Below are positions 16,558 through 25,595 of a stretch of DNA of 40,695 nt, piece after piece. A program made the position numbers and the translations under genes. The notes beneath the pieces are model-generated. The model was given only the letters and a program-made list of their open reading frames with translations, was not told the origin of the DNA and made no database searches. Source of the DNA: a virus (lineage: Duplodnaviria > Caudoviricetes); the IMG/VR virus record IMGVR_UViG_3300030330_000985, positions 1 through 40,695 of that record; one strand, written 5' to 3'. Each line of letters opens with the position of its first letter. Position 1 is the first letter of the stretch.

Positions 16558-17838
16558 ATGGCAAGTACATTCGTAAATAATTTAAGACTCGAAGAGATGG
16601 CGACTGGAGAACAGTCGGGTAATTGGGGTACAAAAACAAATACGAACTTAGAACTCATAGGCGAAGCATTAGGTTTTGGAACAGAGGGCATAACAACAAA
16701 TGCGGATACTCATGATACAGTTGTAGCAGATGCTTCCTCTGATGCTGGTAGAGCAATGTTTATAAAATATACTGGTACACTAGATTCAGCTTGCACTATA
16801 ACAATATCACCAAACACAATGAAAAGAGTTCATATTATTGAAAACGGAACAAGTGGTTCCCAAAATATTATTATATCACAAGGTTCTGGTACAAATGTAA
16901 CCATTGCTCCAGGAACTGCAAAAGTTTTATATTTAGATGGTGGAGGAAGTGGAGCCAATGTTGTCGATGCTTTTGCACACCTCGCCGCAGTTGATTTGAC
17001 TGTAGATGATGATTTAATCGTAAGTGATGATATTACATTAAAATCAGATGGAGCAGTTTTAGGGTTTGGTGCTGATACAGACACCACACTTACACATACT
17101 GATGGCACGGGACTTACACTAAATAGCACAAACAAACTTACATTTGGAGATGTTGCAAGTTTTGTTCAACAATCAAGTGATGGTACGTTAAGAATAGACG
17201 GTGAGGCTATAATAGATTTAAACGCTAGTACAAGAGTTGATATTTCAACTGATTTACAAGTTGGTGATGATTTAAGTTTAGCATCTGATGGTGCAGTTTT
17301 AAACTTTGGTGCAGATAGTGATGTAAATCTAACTCATGTCGCAGATAGTGCTTTACTTTTAAATGATGCTATTAAAATGACGTTTAGAGATAGTGCTTTG
17401 TCTGTAAGCTCTAGCACTGATGGACAATTAGATGTAGACGCAGATACAGAAGTAGAAATAACTGCACCAACGATAGACTTGACTGCTTCAACTAAAGTTA
17501 CAGTAAGTAACGATGTTGAAGTGACTGGCAGGTCAGTTGGCGTAACAGTAACAGCAGAAAATGATGGCAGTTTTGATTTAGCAGTAGGTAATGATTTTAC
17601 TTGCACTACGAGTGGTAATACAGAAATTACGTTTAGTAATGCCAAAGCTGGTCAATCTGGAAATATAAAGTTTGTAAATGCTAGTAATCACACCATTACT
17701 GCAAATGCACTTGTAGCTATAAATGCAGATGTTCTTACGACATTATCAGCAAGTGGCACATATCATTTAGCATACTATGTTACGGCAGATAGTGGCAATG
17801 ACACAATATTAGTATCTGCATCGGCGGCTCTTACATAA
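16558..17838 (+). CDS. Tail fibre (proximal), acidic, with an 80-aa internal duplication
   Basis: N-terminal anchor LRLEEMATGEQSGNWGTKTNTNL. SDGAVLGFGADTD (~17044) and SDGAVLNFGADSD (~17284) are 240 nt apart. Confidence 0.75.
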   Translation: MASTFVNNLRLEEMATGEQSGNWGTKTNTNLELIGEALGFGTEGITTNADTHDTVVADASSDAGRAMFIKYTGTLDSACTITISPNTMKRVHIIENGTSGSQNIIISQGSGTNVTIAPGTAKVLYLDGGGSGANVVDAFAHLAAVDLTVDDDLIVSDDITLKSDGAVLGFGADTDTTLTHTDGTGLTLNSTNKLTFGDVASFVQQSSDGTLRIDGEAIIDLNASTRVDISTDLQVGDDLSLASDGAVLNFGADSDVNLTHVADSALLLNDAIKMTFRDSALSVSSSTDGQLDVDADTEVEITAPTIDLTASTKVTVSNDVEVTGRSVGVTVTAENDGSFDLAVGNDFTCTTSGNTEITFSNAKAGQSGNIKFVNASNHTITANALVAINADVLTTLSASGTYHLAYYVTADSGNDTILVSASAALT

Positions 17839-17847
17839 GGATGGTTA

Positions 17848-20340
17848 ATGAGTTTAGTTAAAGCAAATGGTGCGGGAGAAGTAAGCACAGGTTTTTATAA
17901 TGGTATTGCTACACAATCTGCACGATTTGATGCAAACCATTACATGACACAATCCGCACCTTCAAGTGCAGGAGATAGAAGACAATTTACTTTTTCTTGG
18001 TGGGCAAAAAAATCTAATACTGCTGAATATGCTACACTCTATAGTAATCTACTTAGTGGCTCAAATAGTAATAGCACATTTTTTTTGATATATCTTGATG
18101 GTAGTGCAAGTACAGTGGTAGCAGGAGGTATAGATTATGCTGTAGTAAGTACTGCTAAATTACGAGACACATCTAATTGGTATCATTGTGTATTGGTTGT
18201 AGACACTGACCAAGCAAGTAATGATAATAGAATGAAAATTTACATTAATGGTATTTTAGGTAGTTCAATGTCTGGAACTTGTCCTCAAACAGATTTGCCT
18301 GTTAACAATACTCAAGCATATCAAATAGGAAGACGAATGATTAATAATGACAGGTATATGGATGCCTACATAGCTGATTTTCATTTAATTGATGGCACTG
18401 CTGTAAGTGATACATCAAGAACAAATCCAAGCACAGGTGCAACAGAGTACGTTATTGACGAATTTGGAGAGTTTAAAAATGGTGTTTGGATACCTAAAGC
18501 ATATAGTGGCTCTTATGGAACTAATGGATTTAGACTTGAATTTAAAGAAACTGGAACTTCAGCTAATTCTAGTGGTATAGGTGCTGATACAAGTGGTAAC
18601 ACACATCATTTTACACCAGTTAGCATGGTTGCAAGTGATAGTAATTTACCAGATAGTCCTGAGAATAATTTTGCCACTTTAGATATAAATATAGGTGCTG
18701 GACAAAAGGCATCAGCAACTTATTCTGAAGGAAACTTAAAATATACAAGCACGGATGCTTATGACACAGCTATAGGGACTATAGGAGTTGCAAGTGGCAA
18801 ATGGTATTTTGAAGCACGCAGAAATAGTAATGGATATCAAACAATTGGATTAAGGCAAGATCCTCACACACAAAAGTCAACATATTTAGGTCAAAATTCA
18901 GCCAACTCAGGTATTATGTATTCAAGCTTTGTCAGTAAAGTTTATAATGCAACAGCAGGGACAACAGATGTATTTTCAACTAGTTCTGGTGATATAATGC
19001 AAGTGGCTTTTGATGCAGATAATGGATATGTTTGGTTTGGTGCAAATAATACTTTTAATGGAACTGTCGATAGTTCGAGTGGTAGATTTACATTAGATGG
19101 GTTTGTTAGTGGAAAATATCTTTTTCCCGCATTTGGATATAGAAATTCACAAACAGTGAATTTTGGTCAAGATAGTAGTTTCGCAGGAGAAGAGACTGCA
19201 CAAAATAATACTGATGGTAATGGTCATGGTGATTTTTATTATGCACCTCCTAGCGGATATTTAGCTCTTTGCAATGCGAATTTGCCTGACACTGGTTTTA
19301 ATGCAGATGAAAGTAATCAACCTACTGCTTTTCATAATGTAGTTATTTATAGTGGAACTGGCAACACAACACAAAATATTACTGGAGTTGGTTTTCAACC
19401 AGATTGGGTATGGATAAAAAATAGAAACACTACTGTGAATCACTATGTATTAGATAGCACAAGAGGGTTAAAGGATCTTCATTCAAATACAACTGATGCT
19501 CAGGGTGATAGCACTAATAGATTTAATTCATTTGATTCTGATGGTTTTCAAGTTGAACATACTGGTGGCGGTAATGGATTTACTAACGGTTCTGGGCAAA
19601 CCTATGTAGCTTGGAACTGGAAAATAAATGGTGGTACAACAACCACAGATACTACTGGTACTCAAGATAGTATAATACAAACTAATCAAACATTGGGCAT
19701 GACAATCGGAACACACGAAGCTACAAGTGGAACTTATACTTTTGCTCATGGTCTTGGTGCAACACCAGAATTTCTGATGTTTAGAAATATTGATGGATCT
19801 GATAACTGGGTATATTGGCATACTGGTATGGCAGCGGCTGGAACAACTTTACAGTATATAAATAGCACTGTAGCTAATTCAAATTCAGGCAGTGCTTGGC
19901 TTTCTACCTTAAATTCAACATTGATTGGTATTACTACGGGACAAGTATCAGGTACTTCTGGTACTCATTTGTTTTGGGCATTTAGAAGCATTGAAGGATT
20001 TAGTAAATTTGGTAGTTATGAAGGCAATGCCAATGCAGATGGACCCCTTATCCACACAGGTTTTCGTCCCTCTCTTATCTGGATAAAAAATTATGATACT
20101 GGAAGCACTGATCATCTTATTTACGATGATACTAGACACAAAAGTTCTAATTCAGGCAATCCAAGAGAATATCATTTAATAACTAACAGCACCGATGATA
20201 CGCAAGATTTATATGATATAGATTTTTTATCTAATGGTTTTAAAATAAGACATGGTGATGTCAATAATATTAATGCAGGAGACACCTACCTCTATTGGGC
20301 GTGGGCTCACAATCCATTTAAATTTAGTAATGCGTTTTAA
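17848..20340 (+). CDS. Receptor-binding/fibre protein with LamG (ConA-like) and SPRY-like domains
   Basis: FTFSWWAK, RDTSNWYHCVLVVD, KIYING, YGTNGFRLEF, SGKWYFE, GVGFQPDWVWIK and DFLSNGFKIR, typical of marine-phage lectin fibres. Confidence 0.8.
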   Translation: MSLVKANGAGEVSTGFYNGIATQSARFDANHYMTQSAPSSAGDRRQFTFSWWAKKSNTAEYATLYSNLLSGSNSNSTFFLIYLDGSASTVVAGGIDYAVVSTAKLRDTSNWYHCVLVVDTDQASNDNRMKIYINGILGSSMSGTCPQTDLPVNNTQAYQIGRRMINNDRYMDAYIADFHLIDGTAVSDTSRTNPSTGATEYVIDEFGEFKNGVWIPKAYSGSYGTNGFRLEFKETGTSANSSGIGADTSGNTHHFTPVSMVASDSNLPDSPENNFATLDINIGAGQKASATYSEGNLKYTSTDAYDTAIGTIGVASGKWYFEARRNSNGYQTIGLRQDPHTQKSTYLGQNSANSGIMYSSFVSKVYNATAGTTDVFSTSSGDIMQVAFDADNGYVWFGANNTFNGTVDSSSGRFTLDGFVSGKYLFPAFGYRNSQTVNFGQDSSFAGEETAQNNTDGNGHGDFYYAPPSGYLALCNANLPDTGFNADESNQPTAFHNVVIYSGTGNTTQNITGVGFQPDWVWIKNRNTTVNHYVLDSTRGLKDLHSNTTDAQGDSTNRFNSFDSDGFQVEHTGGGNGFTNGSGQTYVAWNWKINGGTTTTDTTGTQDSIIQTNQTLGMTIGTHEATSGTYTFAHGLGATPEFLMFRNIDGSDNWVYWHTGMAAAGTTLQYINSTVANSNSGSAWLSTLNSTLIGITTGQVSGTSGTHLFWAFRSIEGFSKFGSYEGNANADGPLIHTGFRPSLIWIKNYDTGSTDHLIYDDTRHKSSNSGNPREYHLITNSTDDTQDLYDIDFLSNGFKIRHGDVNNINAGDTYLYWAWAHNPFKFSNAF

Positions 20341-20353
20341 TAGGAGATAATTT

Positions 20354-20932
20354 ATGCCTTGGAAGAAAAAAGATGGAACTTTAATTCAAGCAGGAAAAGC
20401 ATGGGTTGGAGATGATAATACAAAATATCCAGCAGTTTGGACAAGATTTACAGATAGTGAATTAAAATCTTTTGGGTTAACATGGGAGGATCCACCATCG
20501 ATACCAACACCATATGATGATCGCTTTTACTCTGGTAGAGATGACAAAGGTAATCCAAAAGAAAAATCATTGACTGATGTTAATGTAGTAGATGATGATG
20601 GTAAAGCTGTTATAGATCCCATGACTGGTAAACAAGCAGTAACTTTAGGATTAAAATCAATTTGGATAGCTAAAACAAAAGAAAAAACAAATAATCTTTT
20701 AGCAAGAACTGATTGGATGATTGTAAGAAATGCAGAAAAAGGCACTGCTATATCAAGTGCCACGACTACATATAGAGATAAGGTCAGAACTGCTTGTAAC
20801 ACGATAGAAACCAAAATTAATAATTGTTCTAACCTTACTGAATTTAAAACACTTTTCGACAACCCAGTTGATAAAGATGGTAAACCAACTTTAGATAACG
20901 CACCTATTTTTGATTTTCCAACTGAGGAGTAA
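20354..20932 (+). CDS. Tail fibre assembly chaperone-like protein
   Basis: LLARTDWMIVR...YRDKVR motif, directly after the fibre gene; AGGAG RBS. Confidence 0.65.
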   Translation: MPWKKKDGTLIQAGKAWVGDDNTKYPAVWTRFTDSELKSFGLTWEDPPSIPTPYDDRFYSGRDDKGNPKEKSLTDVNVVDDDGKAVIDPMTGKQAVTLGLKSIWIAKTKEKTNNLLARTDWMIVRNAEKGTAISSATTTYRDKVRTACNTIETKINNCSNLTEFKTLFDNPVDKDGKPTLDNAPIFDFPTEE

Positions 20933-20934
20933 TC

Positions 20935-21501
20935 GTGCCAATAACGTCTTTAAAGTTTAGACCAGGAATAAATAAAGAAACAACATCTTACTCAAACAAA
21001 GGTGGATGGAATGATTGTGATAAAATTCGTTTTCGTTTTGGTTACCCAGAAAAACTAGGTGGTTGGGAAAAATATGCAAATTCCACTTTTTTAGGAACGT
21101 CAAGATCATTACATACATGGGCTAATCTTGAAGGTAATAAATATCTAGGTATAGGAACAGAACTTAAATTTTATATAGAGGAATCACAAACTTATTTTGA
21201 CATTACACCTATTAGAAGAAAAGTAGTTGGTGATGAAGTTATATTAAGTTTAAACACAGAAACAGTGGCTTTTGCAGTATCAGGTGTTTCAGCAACATTA
21301 GGGTTTACTGGTGTTACGGTTAATGCTCAAAGTAATGATACACTTGCTCCAGTAGTGTTAGGATCTGGTGTGAGTGCAATTAGTGAAGTTGGAACAGTTA
21401 CTCAAAATGAATCAACTCCAGCAATGACAGCAACACTTGGTAGTGTAACTGTGTTAGTCCCAACAAGTATAACAGTGACTGATTTTGTGGATGAAACATA
21501 A
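20935..21501 (+). CDS. Tail nozzle/stabilisation protein, N-terminal part
   Basis: GTG start after GAGGAG. FRPGINKETT, DKIRFRFGYPEKLGGW and DITPIR, then a V/T/S-rich tail. Confidence 0.7.
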   Translation: MPITSLKFRPGINKETTSYSNKGGWNDCDKIRFRFGYPEKLGGWEKYANSTFLGTSRSLHTWANLEGNKYLGIGTELKFYIEESQTYFDITPIRRKVVGDEVILSLNTETVAFAVSGVSATLGFTGVTVNAQSNDTLAPVVLGSGVSAISEVGTVTQNESTPAMTATLGSVTVLVPTSITVTDFVDET

Positions 21502-23042
21502 TGGCGATAACTTTTACAATAAGTTCTACTTCAAGTCCTAGTGTAACAGTTAATGATACTGGACATGGAGCTCTTGTTGGTGATTTTGTAACATTCAGCA
21601 CTAGCAATACTGGTAATAGTTCTTTGGATACATTACTAGATAATGAGCATGAAATTTTAACGGTAGCTACTAATAGTTATACAATCAACCTATCAGAAAA
21701 TGCTCCTGCAACTTTATCTGCGTCAGGCACTGCTAATGCTGAATATCAAATAAATATAGGTATAAACACTGTCGTTCCTGGAAGTGGTTGGGGTGCTGGA
21801 ACTTGGGGTGCTGATGGTTGGGGTTCAGCGTCATCTGCTGTTGCTGGTGGTGGTACTTTAAGGTTATGGTCTCAAGATAATTTTGGTGAAGATTTAATAT
21901 TCAATGAACGTGATGGTTTTTTATTTTATTGGGATAAATCTTTAGGTTTGAGTACACGAGCTAAAACTTTGTTAGAGTTATCAGATTCTGCTCCTCTAAA
22001 ATCTCGTAAAGTTATTGTGTCTGAGCGTGACCGTCATGTAATTTGTTTTGGTGCCTCTCCACAAGGTTCTAATGTGCAGGACAGATTGCTTATACGATTT
22101 AGTAGTCAAGAAAACCCTTTTTTATGGACAGCAGATACAACAAACACTGCAGGAGATTTAAGGATAGGTAGTGGCTCTGAAATAGTTACAGCAGTTAAAA
22201 CTAGAAGAGAAATGGTTGTTATTACAGATACCTCTGTTCATAGTATGCAGTTTATTGGTCCACCTTTTACTTTTGGGATTACACAATTAGCAAGTGGAAC
22301 TACCGTAAGAAGTTTCAATAGTGCTGTAGCTGTTGGTGATGCTGTGTTTTGGATGGGGTATGATAGATTTTATATTTATGATGGTCGTGTAAACATAATT
22401 CCTTGCAGTGTAAGAGATCATGTATTTAATGATTTTAATGAAACACAATCAGAGAAAGTATATGCAGGAGTAAACACAGCTTTTGGTGAAGTATTTTGGT
22501 TTTACCCATCACAAACCAATGCAGTATCAAACGGAGGCACTGGTGAGAATGATAAATATGTTGTGTATAACTATGACCAAAAAATATGGTATGTTGGCTC
22601 TCTGTCCAGGACTTCATGGGTTGATAGAGGTGTATATCAATACCCAATGGCAACAGCTTCAAACTTGGTATACAACCATGAAAAAGGTAATGATGATGAT
22701 GGTACAGCGTTTACTTCCTTTATAGAATCAAGCCCAATAGATATACAAGATGGTGATCAGTTTGTATTTTTGCGTAGAATGATACCTGATGTAAGTTTTG
22801 ATAATAGTGATTCAAACATATCTGACGCTAACAAAACTACTGTTTTTTCATTAAAAGCACAACGTAGTCCTGCAGGAGGTTTTGTTAAAACTTCAACAAA
22901 TAATGTAACATCTACTACAGAACTTAATCATTTGAGATTGCGTGGCAGATCTTTTGGTTTAAGAGTAGAAAGTACAACTCAAGGTGTAAACTGGCGTTTA
23001 GGTACACCACGAGTAGATATAAGAGCGGATGGAGATAGATGA
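21501..23042 (+). CDS. Tail nozzle/stabilisation protein (P22 gp10 / tubular protein B-like beta-propeller), main part
   Basis: LWSQDNFGEDL, IRFSSQEN, NTAGDLRI, VFWMG, EVFWFYP and WRLGTPRVDIRADGDR. Confidence 0.75.
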   Translation: MAITFTISSTSSPSVTVNDTGHGALVGDFVTFSTSNTGNSSLDTLLDNEHEILTVATNSYTINLSENAPATLSASGTANAEYQINIGINTVVPGSGWGAGTWGADGWGSASSAVAGGGTLRLWSQDNFGEDLIFNERDGFLFYWDKSLGLSTRAKTLLELSDSAPLKSRKVIVSERDRHVICFGASPQGSNVQDRLLIRFSSQENPFLWTADTTNTAGDLRIGSGSEIVTAVKTRREMVVITDTSVHSMQFIGPPFTFGITQLASGTTVRSFNSAVAVGDAVFWMGYDRFYIYDGRVNIIPCSVRDHVFNDFNETQSEKVYAGVNTAFGEVFWFYPSQTNAVSNGGTGENDKYVVYNYDQKIWYVGSLSRTSWVDRGVYQYPMATASNLVYNHEKGNDDDGTAFTSFIESSPIDIQDGDQFVFLRRMIPDVSFDNSDSNISDANKTTVFSLKAQRSPAGGFVKTSTNNVTSTTELNHLRLRGRSFGLRVESTTQGVNWRLGTPRVDIRADGDR

Positions 23043-23266
23043 GTAGACAGTTAGTACCACCAACTTTTTCATTACCACCTGAAGAATATGATGTTCAATA
23101 TTTTAATGATATGGTAAGAAGTTTATCACAACTGACAACACAATTACAAAATCCTGGAGAACTGCGTGGTACAAAAATTACTTTAACTGATTTACCCACA
23201 TCAGAAACTGGATTAGAAACTGGAGCCTTGTATAATGATAATGGAAGTGTTAAGATAAAAACATGA
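23039..23266 (+). CDS. Small tail protein
   Basis: 75 aa with ATGA overlaps; LPTSETGLETGALYNDNGSVKI. Confidence 0.65.
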   Translation: MSRQLVPPTFSLPPEEYDVQYFNDMVRSLSQLTTQLQNPGELRGTKITLTDLPTSETGLETGALYNDNGSVKIKT

Positions 23267-24669
23267 GTGGTATAGCAAGTATTTCATATGATTCACCGCT
23301 TGTACCCGAGGGCGGATTATTTACGATAAAGAATGCAAGTAAAATGCTTTCTGAGTTTGGTCGTAATGGTGACACTTATGTTGTTCACGCTAAAGAGGGT
23401 GAAACTGTTATACCTATGGAAGTTTTGGATAATAATCCAAGACTGAAAAAAATGTTATTCCAACAAATGCGTGAGCTTGATTTAGATCCTGCTCGTTATA
23501 TAGTAGGTAATGAATTAAACTCAATCAATCCAGTTACTGGTCAACCAGAGTTTTTTCTTAAAAAATTATTCAAAGGTTTAAAAAAGATTGTCAAGAAGGT
23601 CGCCCCGATTGTACTGCCAATCGCCGCTCCGTTTTTACTACCAACTATGCCGATGTTTTTAGCTACTGGTTTAGGTTCTTTAGCTGGAGGTTTAGTTGCA
23701 GGACAAAGACCACAAGATGCTTTAAAAAACGCAGTTATTGCAGGAGGGTTAGCAGGATTAGGTAATATGGCTTTTGGTCAAGGTGGCTTTGGTGCTAGTG
23801 GTATAGAAGCTGGAATAACTAAAGGTCAATATGATGTGCGTAATTTATTTAGTGGTGGTGAGTCTTCTAATATAACAACAACATTACCAACCAAAGCTAA
23901 TATAGGAACAACAACTCAAACATCGTTACCAAAAGGTACAGTTGGTTCATTACAACCAAGAGACTCGAGTCTGTTACAAGTAGGGGGTGATCCTACATTA
24001 GGCATTGATGAGTTGAGAGCAAGTGTCACTGCACCTAAAGAAACTGGAATACTTGATTCTATAAAAGAACTTGGTGGCAAAGCTAAAGGTATATATGATG
24101 ATTATATATCTCCATCACGACAAAGTATACAACCTACAACTGATGAGATAATTAAATCAGCTCAAGCTACAGCAAAGGGTGAACTTGACCTAGCTAAAAA
24201 ACTTGGCATTGATTTAACTAAAGATAGAAAAGCTGATATTTTGATGAAAGCAGTTAAAACAGCTAAAGCAGACCTAGCTCCAAGTGCGTTAGAAAAGTTT
24301 GCTCCTCTCACTGGTATCGCAGGTCTTACTTTATATGGTTTAGACAAATCTGGTTTACCAATATTTACAGTACCAGATCAAGAAACTGGTCAAGAAACAT
24401 TTATAACTGGTAAAGATTTATTAGAGATGTATCCTGAAGATTTTAGGTTAAGAAACTTTTACGGTCAAAACCCATACTATTTAAACAGAGCTGATGGTGG
24501 TGAAATCGTTGGTCCTGGAACATCAACCTCGGATTCAATACCAGCTATGTTAAGTGATGGTGAGTTTGTTATGAATGCAAGAGCAGTGCAAGGTGCTGGA
24601 GGTGGCGACCGTAAAGAAGGTGCAAAACGTATGTATGCAATGATGAAAAGATTTGAAAAGGTAGCATAA
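23263..24669 (+). CDS. Internal virion / DNA ejection (pilot-like) protein
   Basis: INPVTGQPEFF followed by an amphipathic basic helix and G/A-rich hydrophobic segments. C-terminal ADGG..GPGTSTSDSIPAMLSDGEFVM domain. Confidence 0.7.
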   Translation: MSGIASISYDSPLVPEGGLFTIKNASKMLSEFGRNGDTYVVHAKEGETVIPMEVLDNNPRLKKMLFQQMRELDLDPARYIVGNELNSINPVTGQPEFFLKKLFKGLKKIVKKVAPIVLPIAAPFLLPTMPMFLATGLGSLAGGLVAGQRPQDALKNAVIAGGLAGLGNMAFGQGGFGASGIEAGITKGQYDVRNLFSGGESSNITTTLPTKANIGTTTQTSLPKGTVGSLQPRDSSLLQVGGDPTLGIDELRASVTAPKETGILDSIKELGGKAKGIYDDYISPSRQSIQPTTDEIIKSAQATAKGELDLAKKLGIDLTKDRKADILMKAVKTAKADLAPSALEKFAPLTGIAGLTLYGLDKSGLPIFTVPDQETGQETFITGKDLLEMYPEDFRLRNFYGQNPYYLNRADGGEIVGPGTSTSDSIPAMLSDGEFVMNARAVQGAGGGDRKEGAKRMYAMMKRFEKVA

Positions 24670-25595
24670 TGGCTGAAACACAAACCGTTATACAAAGAGA
24701 AGCCCCTGAAATAGAAGCCTATAAACTGGGGTTAATGGAACAAGCAAAAGCGTTAGCTGAGTCAGCACCTACTATGGAGCAACTCCGTAGGCTCACGCCA
24801 GAACAATTAGGCTTGTCGCCATTACAGTTTCAAGCATTACAACAATTATCCACTCAAGGTGAAGGTGGTATCGGTGGATACAAACCATTTTTAGAAAGAG
24901 CAGGTCAAACATTAGATCGTGCTGAAGGGGTAGGAGCTTTGTCTACTGGTATATTTGATCCTAGCATGGTTGACCAGTTTATGAACCCTTATCAAAAAGC
25001 TGTAACTGAGCAAGCTCTATCACAACTTAATAAACAGTTTGCAGAACAACAAGCTCAAAGAGGAGCATCAGCTATTGGAGCTGGAGCATTTGGTGGTTCA
25101 AGGTCAGGTGTACTTGAAGGTATTGCTCAGCGTGAATTAGGTGATGTAGCAAGTAGAAGAATATTTGAAGATTTAGCAAGAAACTTTGGTCAAGCTCAAC
25201 AATCAGCTATGACATCATTTGAAAATCAACAACGACGCTTAGCTAATCAAGCAGGATTACTATCTAACCTTGCAACACAACAAGCAGGGATAGGTGAGTT
25301 AGCACAAAAACAAGCCTTAACAGATACAGATGCTTTACTCAGGGGTGGACAAGTTGAACAGCAACAACGTCTTGCTGACGAGCAAGCAAGAGTTGATAGG
25401 GAAAGATTTGCTTTCCTAGAGCCACAACAAAGGTTAAGTTTTTATAGTGATATATTAAGAGGTGTGCCAAGTACACAGATACAAACACTTACTGGTCCAC
25501 CACAGCAACAAGTGCCTTTATTTCAACAAGCGTTAGGAGCTGGGATTACTGGTTTAGGTCTGTATGGTGCAGGAAGTAAATTGGGGATATTTTAA
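24669..25595 (+). CDS. DNA ejection protein (Q/A-rich helical)
   Basis: FMNPYQKAV and GAGAFGGSR motifs; C-terminal GxxxG hydrophobic tail. Confidence 0.7.
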   Translation: MAETQTVIQREAPEIEAYKLGLMEQAKALAESAPTMEQLRRLTPEQLGLSPLQFQALQQLSTQGEGGIGGYKPFLERAGQTLDRAEGVGALSTGIFDPSMVDQFMNPYQKAVTEQALSQLNKQFAEQQAQRGASAIGAGAFGGSRSGVLEGIAQRELGDVASRRIFEDLARNFGQAQQSAMTSFENQQRRLANQAGLLSNLATQQAGIGELAQKQALTDTDALLRGGQVEQQQRLADEQARVDRERFAFLEPQQRLSFYSDILRGVPSTQIQTLTGPPQQQVPLFQQALGAGITGLGLYGAGSKLGIF

